A stretch of DNA of 20,000 bases from an uncultured virus (IMG/VR IMGVR_UViG_3300010160_000040) (IMGVR_UViG_3300010160_000040); one strand, 5' to 3'; counted from the first letter of the stretch, positions 7,701 through 16,847 are shown. Made by a program: numbers and translations. Notes: generated by a model not told the origin, from the sequence alone.

Positions 7701-9707
7701 TTTATTTTCTCCACTTAGCTGTCTAATAGAATGTATCTGAGATCTTACTTCTTCAGGATCTGTAAGCTTATTATATGTGTCTTCTTTATGTAATGCGGGA
7801 TTATATTCTGGAGTATTTTTATTTATATACTCTCTATCTTTAACAGTCATTAAATTATCATGAGTTAATTCATGGGCAAATAAACTATTAACTAATTTAG
7901 GATTGTTTTGTACAAAATTCTTGTTTAAGTTTATTTGTTTATTACCTTTATTATCAATGTAACCTTCTCCATAGTTTTTTAAGTTCTCTACTACACTAGG
8001 AGTAACATTATAATTTGATTCATTGTAATATTTCTTATGTTGTTTAACACGTCTTTCTAATCTATTAGGATTTGTTATACCTAAATCTATATTTTGATTT
8101 CTTAATATGTTGTCATACATAGGTGAGTTATACCAACCTTTTACATACTCTGTAGCATTAGTAACATCTGGAGCTTGTTCAGTCTTATTATTATCTAAAC
8201 CATCTAACTGTCCTCCGTTTCTTAATTTAGATTTTACTGTTTCTACTATAGGTTTACCTATATCATCTTTAGCCTCAATTACTTCAGCAGTTCCTGATAT
8301 ATAGTTACCAGCTTCTCTAATTCCTTTTTTAATAGGAGTTACTATTTTATTAGGTATTCCTGCATTAAACATTTTTGTAGCTAATTTAGTAGCCATATTT
8401 TTACTAGCTATAAAACTTTTAAGTCCAGGAACTAATCCAATTGCTGCTCCAGTTTTATCTCCTTGGTGCATGTCCATAGCAGAGCCTGCAACAGCCATTA
8501 TTGGATTAAACATACCTGCTACATCAGTTGTAAATTTTACCCCTTTTCTAACTTCTTCTTTTGTAAGAGGTTGTACAGGCATTTTATCTATACTTTTTAA
8601 AGTTCCCTTATTTTTATTTAAATTACTTTTTTGTATTAAAGTTTGATTTGGAATTACAGGATTGCTTACTCTTGTATTATCTGAAATTTGAATTTCATTA
8701 TATTTAAAACCTGTATGAAATTTATTAGCAACATTTTTATTTGTATATTTTTCTACTTGAGAATTTTTAACATTGGTTACAGTATTTTCTCTTTTATCCT
8801 TATTTTTTAAAGCAGTTTTATCTTTATCTTTTGAATAACTAGAAGATTTATTTATTTTTTTTTCTAAATTATCACCTTCAAGAAACTTAGCTCTTTGAAT
8901 TAATGCTTGATTTGGAATTACAGCAGCCTTTACTTTTGTATTATCTTGTATTGGATTATCCTCATCTAATCCATCTAACCATCCACCTTTTCTAAACTCT
9001 TGTCTTCCAGTATTATTACCTTTATTAATATACCCACTTGGCTTACCTTGTATTTTTAATGCTTTGCTTCCTGTATATAAAGTTTTTGGGTCCTTATATA
9101 CAGGCTTAGTTGTTGGTTCAGTATAATAAGGATATATATACGGCCCATTATTACTAATACTTATATCTAAAGAAGCTGGATTTGTTTTCTTTTTAAAGTT
9201 TTCATCATAGTCCCCACTATTAATAATATATCCTACACCTATAGAATCTTGTTTACTCGCACTAATTTTTTTATCAATAAAAGCTTGAGATGCTTTAGGA
9301 AATATTTTTTTTACTTCATTAATTTTATTAATAGATGGATCCACTGTTTCACCTACAGTCGGTATAACTTTACGATTAGTTTTATCTTTAATATGATACA
9401 ATGGATTTACGCCCCAATTTTCACCCCAATCATATAAATATTTTTCAGGTTTAATTTCTGTATTAAGACTTCCTGGACTTATTTTTTCATTTTTTTTTAA
9501 ATCTTTTTTCCAAGTAAAATAATTATTATAAGATTCATTATATTCTTTAAGTGTATCACCTATATTAAGTTTATTTACTTCATCAGTAAAAAAACTAAAA
9601 TTTTGTTTAGCTAAAGCAGTACTATCTTCATATGCTTGATTAGCTTTATCAAATTCTAATTTATCTCTATATACTTTAGTTCTTTGTTTTTTATTTTTAT
9701 CAGGCAT
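4776..9707 (-). CDS. Large modular virion-associated protein (zincin-like HExxH module, two peptidoglycan-binding repeats, GG-motif-delimited modules)
   Basis: 1643 aa. AHELTH at about 7860-7877 with downstream PEEVRSQI. PG_binding_1-like segments IKQIQKNLGVKDDGYFGPDTYKAM and VKKLQTTLVNKGY...DGIYGPETNKALLDYQ. Repeated (R/K)(N/K)GGxLDGL motifs. Confidence 0.7.
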   Translation of the reverse strand: MPDKNKKQRTKVYRDKLEFDKANQAYEDSTALAKQNFSFFTDEVNKLNIGDTLKEYNESYNNYFTWKKDLKKNEKISPGSLNTEIKPEKYLYDWGENWGVNPLYHIKDKTNRKVIPTVGETVDPSINKINEVKKIFPKASQAFIDKKISASKQDSIGVGYIINSGDYDENFKKKTNPASLDISISNNGPYIYPYYTEPTTKPVYKDPKTLYTGSKALKIQGKPSGYINKGNNTGRQEFRKGGWLDGLDEDNPIQDNTKVKAAVIPNQALIQRAKFLEGDNLEKKINKSSSYSKDKDKTALKNKDKRENTVTNVKNSQVEKYTNKNVANKFHTGFKYNEIQISDNTRVSNPVIPNQTLIQKSNLNKNKGTLKSIDKMPVQPLTKEEVRKGVKFTTDVAGMFNPIMAVAGSAMDMHQGDKTGAAIGLVPGLKSFIASKNMATKLATKMFNAGIPNKIVTPIKKGIREAGNYISGTAEVIEAKDDIGKPIVETVKSKLRNGGQLDGLDNNKTEQAPDVTNATEYVKGWYNSPMYDNILRNQNIDLGITNPNRLERRVKQHKKYYNESNYNVTPSVVENLKNYGEGYIDNKGNKQINLNKNFVQNNPKLVNSLFAHELTHDNLMTVKDREYINKNTPEYNPALHKEDTYNKLTDPEEVRSQIHSIRQLSGENKIYDPLTQPFKKEYLDKVNESYNQGTKESEDYNQLQRLRQYYSDDQITEMMNTISKSNSNDGKVYAKNGGLLNSLSKKRFDMGGPVNDEENSDILPSWDAVKATLNPYNWGVDDYTKSGTRGQAFNAARKAGEEEFMWNNQRYNTRKDTDYIPYIGSNPNQKEYDNFLRKEYPEFFKTLNRGKNVGSITWKGASDKEPNRASIKPEQTNSNINVGENPESGHEFIDNIIAESSHLKDPKLFENIFNPYEYKTAYEYIRHGEERYKIPGTAEYDAHRLREPGMAMIAYGNLSPNNIKQIQKNLGVKDDGYFGPDTYKAMQSKYASNLNVKAALLEHKLRYRDNDKNPSNFGDDINLVRAYLREIESEVPFKNSGQLSNNLTANKDYTDNALNNIIPGSGDYNVKKLQTTLVNKGYKLPKSTTKYRTLDGTFDGIYGPETNKALLDYQSKNAKSKLRNGGWLDGLSNPNNVIEDNRGQWAHPGKVTKINSNQITMKGVNYPVLGVSDSGDTQMMKPGGEYNFKGKTVTEYPQKFQLGGFKGLSSNIPKNRLDAEAKEEAKRMNPVWTPVNNPQTQEVYQQGPKKGTATGKGALEPSYPELMLMPGSLPIKAASKLGKAAVVAAEALNPIGGMRNLKNNVISKSAAASSTVGNVLNETARPINGHMPGTPEWIRLNDIITSSRAAVTAATPKNSKLIHKAKELERNITIPILNSKPALKVREAILNKINENSVVSNSAFTPENLEAFKKSGLIHGEEGTLVSKEVASLYSNAPAGQGKLRAYLRGYLNNKQADIAETTFHSPNRSFSSHVSLPSDTNPVGEFKNFGFFSKNPISAGKTAVNLNKLISNIPGKWDFNPGSLSGDSYPIWAKIVNDKANPQFELINKGLTGMNTLGKHTKISKLLETNMKNGYNDPVKVDEFLKELEKIAGKTADKWNVPKESLMPDDTKGFIPDLSIKKKYKNGGKLNNNKSNWLDNLK
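6315..6354. repeat. 40-bp direct repeat copy 1 (encodes KSKLRNGGWLDGL)
   Basis: taaaccatctaaccaaccaccgtttcttaatttagatttt; 36/40 identical to 8196-8235. Confidence 0.9.
8196..8235. repeat. 40-bp direct repeat copy 2 (encodes KSKLRNGGQLDGL)
   Basis: taaaccatctaactgtcctccgtttcttaatttagatttt; 36/40 identical to 6315-6354. A more diverged partial copy lies at about 8967-8993. Confidence 0.9.
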
Positions 9708-9710
9708 ATC

Positions 9711-12700
9711 TTAATGTATTGATTGTCTATAAAATGTTATAATTGGATGCAAAACTAATCTTTGGTTCTCTCTATTAGTAAAGCTTATTTCTGTTTGCAA
9801 ATACATATCTCTTAATCTAGGTTTAGATAAAGTAGAATAAGTAGCATTAGTAATATCTCTTTGTATTTGTAATTTCCAATCTCTTTCTACTTTATTAATA
9901 TTACTTTGCGGATACAAAGGTTGTAACAAAGTAGATTGATTCTCAGTTTTATGTTGTATTAAATCAATAGTAACTAGATTTTGTAATACCCCATTAGTAT
10001 CATATACTTCAGTTTGATATTGTTGATTATCCCAAACTTTAGTTTGTAATGGATTTTCATTAGTTAAGAACTTTAATTTACTTGGGAAGTAATCATCATA
10101 AAACTCTCCATAGTTACCTTTATTATGCCAGTAACATTTATCATCTCCTAAACTACTAAACACTCTAGTATTTAATTTAAAGTATATTTTAGGTTTAAAA
10201 CTATAGAAGCTTTCAAATGCTTGCATCTTTTCATTGTAACCTAATGTAAAACTATTCTCAGGATTAACTCTATCTAAGAATGTATAATATATTGTTTGAT
10301 ATTCTGTATCATATACACCGTGAACACCATTAAATAATTTATTAATGTTATTGTTAACACTTTGTAATTTACTAAATAAACCTGAGTTATCAGATATACA
10401 TTCTAATCCAGATTTATTTTGGTAAGGATTAGAATCAGCTACTTGAAATATCTTTTTAAGACTATCATCATAATGATATATTGCCATATTAGTATTAATA
10501 ACACTATACTGATGTGATGTACCAGTTTCCTTAGTAATGTAGTCATATCTTAATAATACTTTATTATTACTTAAAACTATACTACCATCAGCTCCTTGGA
10601 CAGCACCTCTTTCATTACTACTAGCAATACCTATTCCATTAGTTTGATAAAAGAATATTTTATTCTTATTAACAACTAATTCTACAATAGGGCCTTGTGT
10701 ACCTTCAACATCTAGATAATCTACAAATTGAAAATCTCTCCAACTATCAATTACTTCACCATCTATCTTAGGTTTAGAATGCCATATTCTATTAGTATAT
10801 TGATCCACCTCATTAGCAAAAAACATACTAGGTGGAAAATACTTTTGAATATTATATTTTTGATGGAATACATCATTGTATTTAAATTCAGATAATAAAA
10901 ACCTTTCATTTCTTAATACTAGATTAGCAGTATCAGGACCATCTTTTTGTACACGCTTTCTAAACCTATTATGAATTCCACCTCTAAGTAATGCTAAAGG
11001 AAGAACAGCTCCATATACCATTGTTCCTGCTATAACTCCCGCAACTTTAGCTGTTTTAGGTTTCTTTATAAAATTAAAAAACTTACTTTGATCAGGATTG
11101 CTAATGCTTTCAGTTTTAAAATCAGAATTTTCTTTTAAATCATCTGGAGATAAACTAACAATTGGATGATTACCTTCTCTTAAAGCAAAGTTAAAACTAG
11201 ACTCACAAGGAAATATTTCATACATCCCTTTCTTACTTCTAATAGGATCTTGATAACCAAGAGGTCTTACTTGGTTGTAATAATAACAATAGTTAACTGC
11301 ATCATACACTCCTAAATAAGTATCACCTAGATTAGCTTTAATACTAAATGATTTATTACCTAATCTAGTAATTAGTGAATAAAAACCACTTGCAGGTATA
11401 TATTCATTATTAGCTCTACTACTGTATCCTACTCCTCCATATTGTGTAACACTTATAGGTCTACAATAAGTAACAGTATAATCTCCTCCATGATCTTTGT
11501 ACCTAATAGCATCTTCAGATTGGAAATAAGGGGTATTTAATTGTTCTAAATAAGACTCCTCCTCATCATTTGAAAAATCAACTCCACGAGGTACTCCATT
11601 ACCACCCCAAATAGGGTTAGTAACAATCATGTGTTTTTTATCTCCAATACCTAATGCTGTATGAGGTCTTAATATTTTTTTTAAGAAATCTGTATTTGGA
11701 ACGTAATTATATGGAAATTCTGCATTTTCGAATCCCTTTTTTACAGCCTCAGTAACATCATCTATAATTAAACTAGCATTACTGATTATATCTCCTCTTT
11801 TATTAGTTTGAGGTATAGTTGATATATAACTATTAGATATTAAGTAATCTAGATTTCCTCCATTACTATTAGTACTACTTAATACATTATCAAATCCAGC
11901 GCCTAACAATTCACCAGGAATAAGTACTTTTTGATTTCTGATGTACATTCTTCTATCATCATTATCAGCTACTTGATTCCAAGGAATAGTACTCCCTTTG
12001 TACCATTTTCTTAAATAAGCTGAGCTATCTAATACATTGTATAATCCAACTGTAGAATCTCTATGTACTTGATATACAACTTTATTATCTTGCTCAAATA
12101 TATTAATAGGTTTTAAATAATCTCCTTGTTTAAAAGTATATTTATTAAAATCAATAATAGGTGACAAAGTGTAACCTATTGCAGCTGAACCTGAAGGGCT
12201 GTTTATTTGTGAATAAGCTAAACCTCTTTGACCTAAACTATATACATTAGGATGTAATCCAGCTACTTTATGAGCTAATGTTTTTCTTAAATCTTCTTTA
12301 ATAGACTCTCTAATTTTGTCAACAAGTTTAGGCGGTATTAATTTAAATAAATTACCTCCAGAAAATATCCCGTCTAAAAAACCTCCTTTATTATTAGTAG
12401 CCCCATCTAAAACACTATCTATAAAATCAGCTAAATCTTCAGAACTAGTTACACGTTGAGCAGCTGGATAAGGCATATAAAGAAGTTTTTTAACAATAGC
12501 TGCAGCTACAGTAGCCATTATTTTTTGCCTGATATTCTCTTTGATTTTAAATAAATCCATATCACCATCTATCTCATCAATATAGTTACCTACTTTATAG
12601 CAAATAACAGTTGCTAATATTGTTATAATAAAAGACCTACTATAACCATGATTTATATCTAATCTTTCAAAAGATTGTAAACCACCAGTAATAGCAGTTC

Positions 12701-14627
12701 CAAATCTAGTTTTATCATTTTCTTGTCTTTCAACATAAACCATTCTAAAACCTGTAATATCCTCAGCTAAATCTTGAGGTATAGTTACATCAAAATTTAT
12801 ATGAGTAGAATACATTAGTAGTTTACCATTATCTCCATGTCTTGATAATAAAGACATAGGATTGTTATACACCTCATTAAAATCAGGCATCTTAATATCT
12901 GCTACCCAATTAACATAAGAAGCTTGTCCTTTCTTATTATAGAAGGTAATACCAAATCTATATACTTCTCCACGCTGCCAAGATACTTGACAACTAGCTT
13001 TGTATGGAGATTTTAGTGAGCTAAAGCTACCATTGTTATTAGTTGTGTGATTAGGTGCAGAAGCTACTAAATTGTTATTATCTATGTCAGTTTGAATTAA
13101 AGGAGCTCTATTTATATTTATTTGATTAGTATCAACTATCATTTCAGTTGTACCAAAAGTATAACTAATATTTGGACCTATACCTCCTACAGTAACTCCA
13201 TCTTGATGAAATTTATATTGTTGGGTATTAAACCAATCTATTGTAGTACCACTAGGATTTAAACCAAAGACCTTACCGCTTTCATCATTATAAGGGTTTA
13301 TAACATCTAGTAAGTTGTTATTAGGGTAAGTAGTACTAAAAATATTAGTAGTGCCATCTAATTCATATGTAACAGCTTCACCTCCATTGTTAAATCTATA
13401 AGCTCTGTAATCTACATTAACTTTAAACATTTCATTTGTAGTATTAGCTGCAAATAAAATGTTGTCTTTAATTTCAATAGTTGAAGCTTTCTCAAATGGA
13501 GAATACATTATATTAAACTCTTCTGCTGTAAGAGTTGTAGTGTCACTATATAAATCAGTAAAACTTTCATTCTGATTAGTATATAATGATATTTCCTTAT
13601 AAGGATATACAAATATTTCAGGTAAGTTAGGTTGACTATAGTGTATTAAAGCATACTGAATCATTTGATAATCCTTATCAATATGAGGTATGTAAAACTC
13701 AATACCTTTATTAGAATCAATAACATCTTTAGTATCTGTTTCAGCCATTACATCTGTGCTATATGCTACAGTATCAGCAATAGGATAGCCAAACTCACTA
13801 TTGAATTCATCACCTTCAATAACATCTATTAAGTTACTACAAGTACTAAAGTTGGTTAAACAGCCATATTTGTTTAATAATCTATAAGCTAATTGGTATC
13901 TGCCTTCAGGCAATTCTCCTTTGATTAGTCTTTTAATAACAGGAGTATCTAAATTAACATAAGCTACTATATTTAAAGTTCTAACAGGTGTTTGCAATAC
14001 TGATGACAATGAACCTATAGTATTAATAGATCTTACTGGATTTACACCACTATCAGTCCAATAAATCCTAGAAAAGTTTTGATTCTCATACTTTACAAGA
14101 GCTTTAATTCTTTCTACAGAACTAAAGTTTAAATCTCTATTGTACATCATATGACCATTAACGGTTAGTTCATAACCATTAATAGCACCTGATATATTAT
14201 CAGTAGTTCCTAGGAAATTACATCTCCATATTTGGCCATAACCATTGTCATTAAGATTTCCAACAGCATTACTCTTTGTAAAGAAGAATAAGGTTTGTAC
14301 ACCATTACCATCAGTTACTGCTATACCTTCAAGAGCTTTAAGATTTTCTTGAGCAGGTATAACTTGAGGGTATTCTCCACCAAATTCATAAGTAGCACCT
14401 GGTATAATTTCAGGAAACTTAATTTGTAGTTTATTACCTTTTTTATTTTGTATTACAGCTGTACTTAAACCGCTATCAGTAAGTAAGGTAATATTTAGAG
14501 CATCTAAATAGTTCCCTTCTTTATAAACAGTTTTAGCTAGATCTTGGTTAATCCCTTTACTAAAGGAGTTAATACTAGCACCAGTTGATTGTATGTTTTG
14601 ACGACCTTGTTGATTTTCTTCTGCCAT
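9711..14627 (-). CDS. crAss-like tail stabilization / muzzle protein (Tstab)
   Basis: 1638 aa. N-terminal NSFSKGINQD...YLDALN, internal RGEVYRFGITFY...WVADIKMP, RIWHSKPKIDGEVIDSWRDF, and C-terminal KPRLRD are characteristic of this family. Directly follows the tubular ring gene (TAATG overlap at 14627). Confidence 0.85.
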   Translation of the reverse strand: MAEENQQGRQNIQSTGASINSFSKGINQDLAKTVYKEGNYLDALNITLLTDSGLSTAVIQNKKGNKLQIKFPEIIPGATYEFGGEYPQVIPAQENLKALEGIAVTDGNGVQTLFFFTKSNAVGNLNDNGYGQIWRCNFLGTTDNISGAINGYELTVNGHMMYNRDLNFSSVERIKALVKYENQNFSRIYWTDSGVNPVRSINTIGSLSSVLQTPVRTLNIVAYVNLDTPVIKRLIKGELPEGRYQLAYRLLNKYGCLTNFSTCSNLIDVIEGDEFNSEFGYPIADTVAYSTDVMAETDTKDVIDSNKGIEFYIPHIDKDYQMIQYALIHYSQPNLPEIFVYPYKEISLYTNQNESFTDLYSDTTTLTAEEFNIMYSPFEKASTIEIKDNILFAANTTNEMFKVNVDYRAYRFNNGGEAVTYELDGTTNIFSTTYPNNNLLDVINPYNDESGKVFGLNPSGTTIDWFNTQQYKFHQDGVTVGGIGPNISYTFGTTEMIVDTNQININRAPLIQTDIDNNNLVASAPNHTTNNNGSFSSLKSPYKASCQVSWQRGEVYRFGITFYNKKGQASYVNWVADIKMPDFNEVYNNPMSLLSRHGDNGKLLMYSTHINFDVTIPQDLAEDITGFRMVYVERQENDKTRFGTAITGGLQSFERLDINHGYSRSFIITILATVICYKVGNYIDEIDGDMDLFKIKENIRQKIMATVAAAIVKKLLYMPYPAAQRVTSSEDLADFIDSVLDGATNNKGGFLDGIFSGGNLFKLIPPKLVDKIRESIKEDLRKTLAHKVAGLHPNVYSLGQRGLAYSQINSPSGSAAIGYTLSPIIDFNKYTFKQGDYLKPINIFEQDNKVVYQVHRDSTVGLYNVLDSSAYLRKWYKGSTIPWNQVADNDDRRMYIRNQKVLIPGELLGAGFDNVLSSTNSNGGNLDYLISNSYISTIPQTNKRGDIISNASLIIDDVTEAVKKGFENAEFPYNYVPNTDFLKKILRPHTALGIGDKKHMIVTNPIWGGNGVPRGVDFSNDEEESYLEQLNTPYFQSEDAIRYKDHGGDYTVTYCRPISVTQYGGVGYSSRANNEYIPASGFYSLITRLGNKSFSIKANLGDTYLGVYDAVNYCYYYNQVRPLGYQDPIRSKKGMYEIFPCESSFNFALREGNHPIVSLSPDDLKENSDFKTESISNPDQSKFFNFIKKPKTAKVAGVIAGTMVYGAVLPLALLRGGIHNRFRKRVQKDGPDTANLVLRNERFLLSEFKYNDVFHQKYNIQKYFPPSMFFANEVDQYTNRIWHSKPKIDGEVIDSWRDFQFVDYLDVEGTQGPIVELVVNKNKIFFYQTNGIGIASSNERGAVQGADGSIVLSNNKVLLRYDYITKETGTSHQYSVINTNMAIYHYDDSLKKIFQVADSNPYQNKSGLECISDNSGLFSKLQSVNNNINKLFNGVHGVYDTEYQTIYYTFLDRVNPENSFTLGYNEKMQAFESFYSFKPKIYFKLNTRVFSSLGDDKCYWHNKGNYGEFYDDYFPSKLKFLTNENPLQTKVWDNQQYQTEVYDTNGVLQNLVTIDLIQHKTENQSTLLQPLYPQSNINKVERDWKLQIQRDITNATYSTLSKPRLRDMYLQTEISFTNRENQRLVLHPIITFYRQSIH

Positions 14628-15478
14628 TAGAATCTATAGTTTTTCATACCAAAGTTAATATATTGAGATTGTCCAACACCTTCAAAGTTTCTAGCTTGTT
14701 CATTAATCTTAGGCATTAAAGTTAACCAGTTATTCTTCCATGACTCCATCATATCATAAGTAGGAGTTAAGGCTTTAGTTTTAGCTTGGCCTACATACCA
14801 CATCCACTCTCTTTCTGCATATTCAAATACATCTCTAGCTATAATATTCTTTCTCCATAAAAGGAAGTCTAACTTCATTCTAATGTAAGATTGAACAGCT
14901 ATTTTGTAACTAGTATCATCAGGTATAAGTGGATAACCTTCTTCATCTATAGGAAAGGCTTTATAAAACATAACTACACTAGCACCATCTTTAAAAGATG
15001 TGAAGATATAATTACCTCTTGTGCTATATGTAATATCTCTTAAAGAGTAAGGTAAGTTGTTTATTAATCCAGCTGAGATAGCGCTATCATAATTATTAAA
15101 AGTCATAATAGGATTGCCATTAACATCAAATCCTACTGGGTCTACTGGATTAACTAAAGGATAGTCATTTACATTATTAACACTAAAAGGGTTAGTAGTT
15201 GAAGTACTCTCACGCATAGGCAAGACTACACCACTAGTTGTTAGTGTCATAGTTTGTAATTGTGTGTGTAAATTACAAGGTATAAACCCTTTATGGTCTT
15301 CTATAGGGATTATAGCATAATCATTAATAAGATTATAAGGAACACCTATTAAATCACAGGCTTCAGCAGACCATTCAATCATACTACCAACCTCAAAGTC
15401 TTGAGTTTTGTATTGATTATCTCTAAGTACATTATTAACAACCTCTTTAACAGAGATGAGTTTACCGTTTAAAGCCAT
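14627..15478 (-). CDS. Tail tubular / ring protein (Ttub, R1-like)
   Basis: 283 aa with motifs IEWSAEACDLIG, YKAFPIDEEGYPLIPD, WMWYVGQAK typical of the crAss-like tail tubular protein. Immediately upstream of the muzzle gene. Confidence 0.8.
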   Translation of the reverse strand: MALNGKLISVKEVVNNVLRDNQYKTQDFEVGSMIEWSAEACDLIGVPYNLINDYAIIPIEDHKGFIPCNLHTQLQTMTLTTSGVVLPMRESTSTTNPFSVNNVNDYPLVNPVDPVGFDVNGNPIMTFNNYDSAISAGLINNLPYSLRDITYSTRGNYIFTSFKDGASVVMFYKAFPIDEEGYPLIPDDTSYKIAVQSYIRMKLDFLLWRKNIIARDVFEYAEREWMWYVGQAKTKALTPTYDMMESWKNNWLTLMPKINEQARNFEGVGQSQYINFGMKNYRF

Positions 15479-15491
15479 TTAGTATATATTA

Positions 15492-16091
15492 TTAATCAGA
15501 ATTTTTAAAAGTATAAAAATCTAAATTAGGGTTTTGACCCATTAATTTAGGAAGCTCTCTCTTAAACTCTCTAATAGGTATTAGTTTATAAAATTTCTTT
15601 TTGTACATTGTACAGTTATTCTTAATCCAAGCAATCTTAAAAGTGTAACCTTCTGTGTGATCGTTTAAATGAAATATAATCTTTTTAGCTAGTTTTGATT
15701 GCTCATCAGTAGCCCATAATTCTCTTGTAGCTCTGTAATTAACAGCTAATCTTGCTACTAGATTACCTTCCTCATCTAATTTAATCTTCTTTTTAAACTT
15801 ACATATAGTTATTTTACCCATCTTACAAGGTAAAATATACTCTAAATTGTTTAAAATCATCTTCTCTCTAGCCTTTCTAAAGATAGCTAGTAATACAGCT
15901 CTATACTTTTTAGCTGAGATATTATAAGATAAGTTACTAACAGGAGTACCTAAAGGCAGTTCCTTAGTACTTATGTTATCTTTGTAATACTTATAGTAGT
16001 CACCGATAGCATAATCATTAGGATACTTACTTTTACCTCTCTCCTTAATACCTAGATCTGTATTACTTAAATTAGTTTTGGCTGTAATCAT
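15492..16091 (-). CDS. IHF/HU-like DNA-binding protein of the crAss-like tail block
   Basis: 199 aa, basic. LPCKMGKITICK beta-arm-like motif, VNYRATRELW...FHLNDHT motif, conserved position between ring genes. Confidence 0.7.
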   Translation of the reverse strand: MITAKTNLSNTDLGIKERGKSKYPNDYAIGDYYKYYKDNISTKELPLGTPVSNLSYNISAKKYRAVLLAIFRKAREKMILNNLEYILPCKMGKITICKFKKKIKLDEEGNLVARLAVNYRATRELWATDEQSKLAKKIIFHLNDHTEGYTFKIAWIKNNCTMYKKKFYKLIPIREFKRELPKLMGQNPNLDFYTFKNSD

Positions 16092-16776
16092 TCCTATTGT
16101 TATTAGTATTATCTGAAGGTGTTTGTGATTCTTGATTTAAGAATAGCTCTACAGTCATTTTAACTATTGTATTAACCATCCAATTTTTAACTGGAAATGG
16201 TGAATCATCTGTATAACAAGGTGTTCCACTACAGTCTTCAAAGTTATAAGCTTCTCTAGGGTCTTCAAATACTCCTTGAACATTGATAAATCTAAGTACT
16301 TGTAGTATATTAGTAGGAACTATAAGATACAGATAACCATTAGTATTCTGCATATAGTATCTAATTCTATCTTTAGTGTACTTGTTATTAAGTACAAAAG
16401 GAATTCTTTCATATTGAACTAAATCATATCCAGCTAACCCCTTGTTTATAGGCCCTACTCTAGTAAAGAGTTGAGAGTTGTGAAGCTCGATAGTACTAGG
16501 AATAGGTTTAACACTTCTTAGCAATGTACAACCTGCCTCAATAATACAAGATTCTCCAGCATCTACTTCCTCCAATTCTACACAACCTAGGTCTTGTATG
16601 ATGTAAGGGTCAGCCGAGTAGCCTTTATTAGCATCCTGTTTAATAAGTTGAGATCTTAAATTAACTATAATCTGCTCTATCTGGTCTGTAGTAATAGTAT
16701 CTGTTATTACAGACCTACCTCTAAGCTGATTAAGAATCAGATATGTTATATGATTTAATGATGTTGTTGTAGCCAT
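16072..16776 (-). CDS. crAss-like tail ring protein (R2-like)
   Basis: 234 aa. Motifs LRSQLIKQ, QDLGCVELEEVD, GVFEDP, PFPV and C-terminal DNTNN resemble crAss-like ring proteins. Synteny fits. Confidence 0.7.
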   Translation of the reverse strand: MATTTSLNHITYLILNQLRGRSVITDTITTDQIEQIIVNLRSQLIKQDANKGYSADPYIIQDLGCVELEEVDAGESCIIEAGCTLLRSVKPIPSTIELHNSQLFTRVGPINKGLAGYDLVQYERIPFVLNNKYTKDRIRYYMQNTNGYLYLIVPTNILQVLRFINVQGVFEDPREAYNFEDCSGTPCYTDDSPFPVKNWMVNTIVKMTVELFLNQESQTPSDNTNNNRNDYSQN

Positions 16777-16781
16777 TTTAT

Positions 16782-16816
16782 AAAATAAAAAAAGGCTCCT
16801 ACCTTAGTAAGAGCCT
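16782..16816 (-). terminator. Intrinsic (Rho-independent) terminator
   Basis: Minus strand AGGCUCUUAC-UAAG-GUAGGAGCCU (10-bp stem including one G-U) followed by UUUUUUAUUUU. Confidence 0.85.
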
Positions 16817-16847
16817 AGTAGGTTGATTAATAACAAACTTAATACGA

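Noticed and set aside
6315..8993. Repeats considered as a CRISPR array or DGR template/variable repeat pair
   Set aside because: Copies are 0.7-1.9 kb apart and in frame within a coding sequence, and no cas or reverse transcriptase gene is present in the window.
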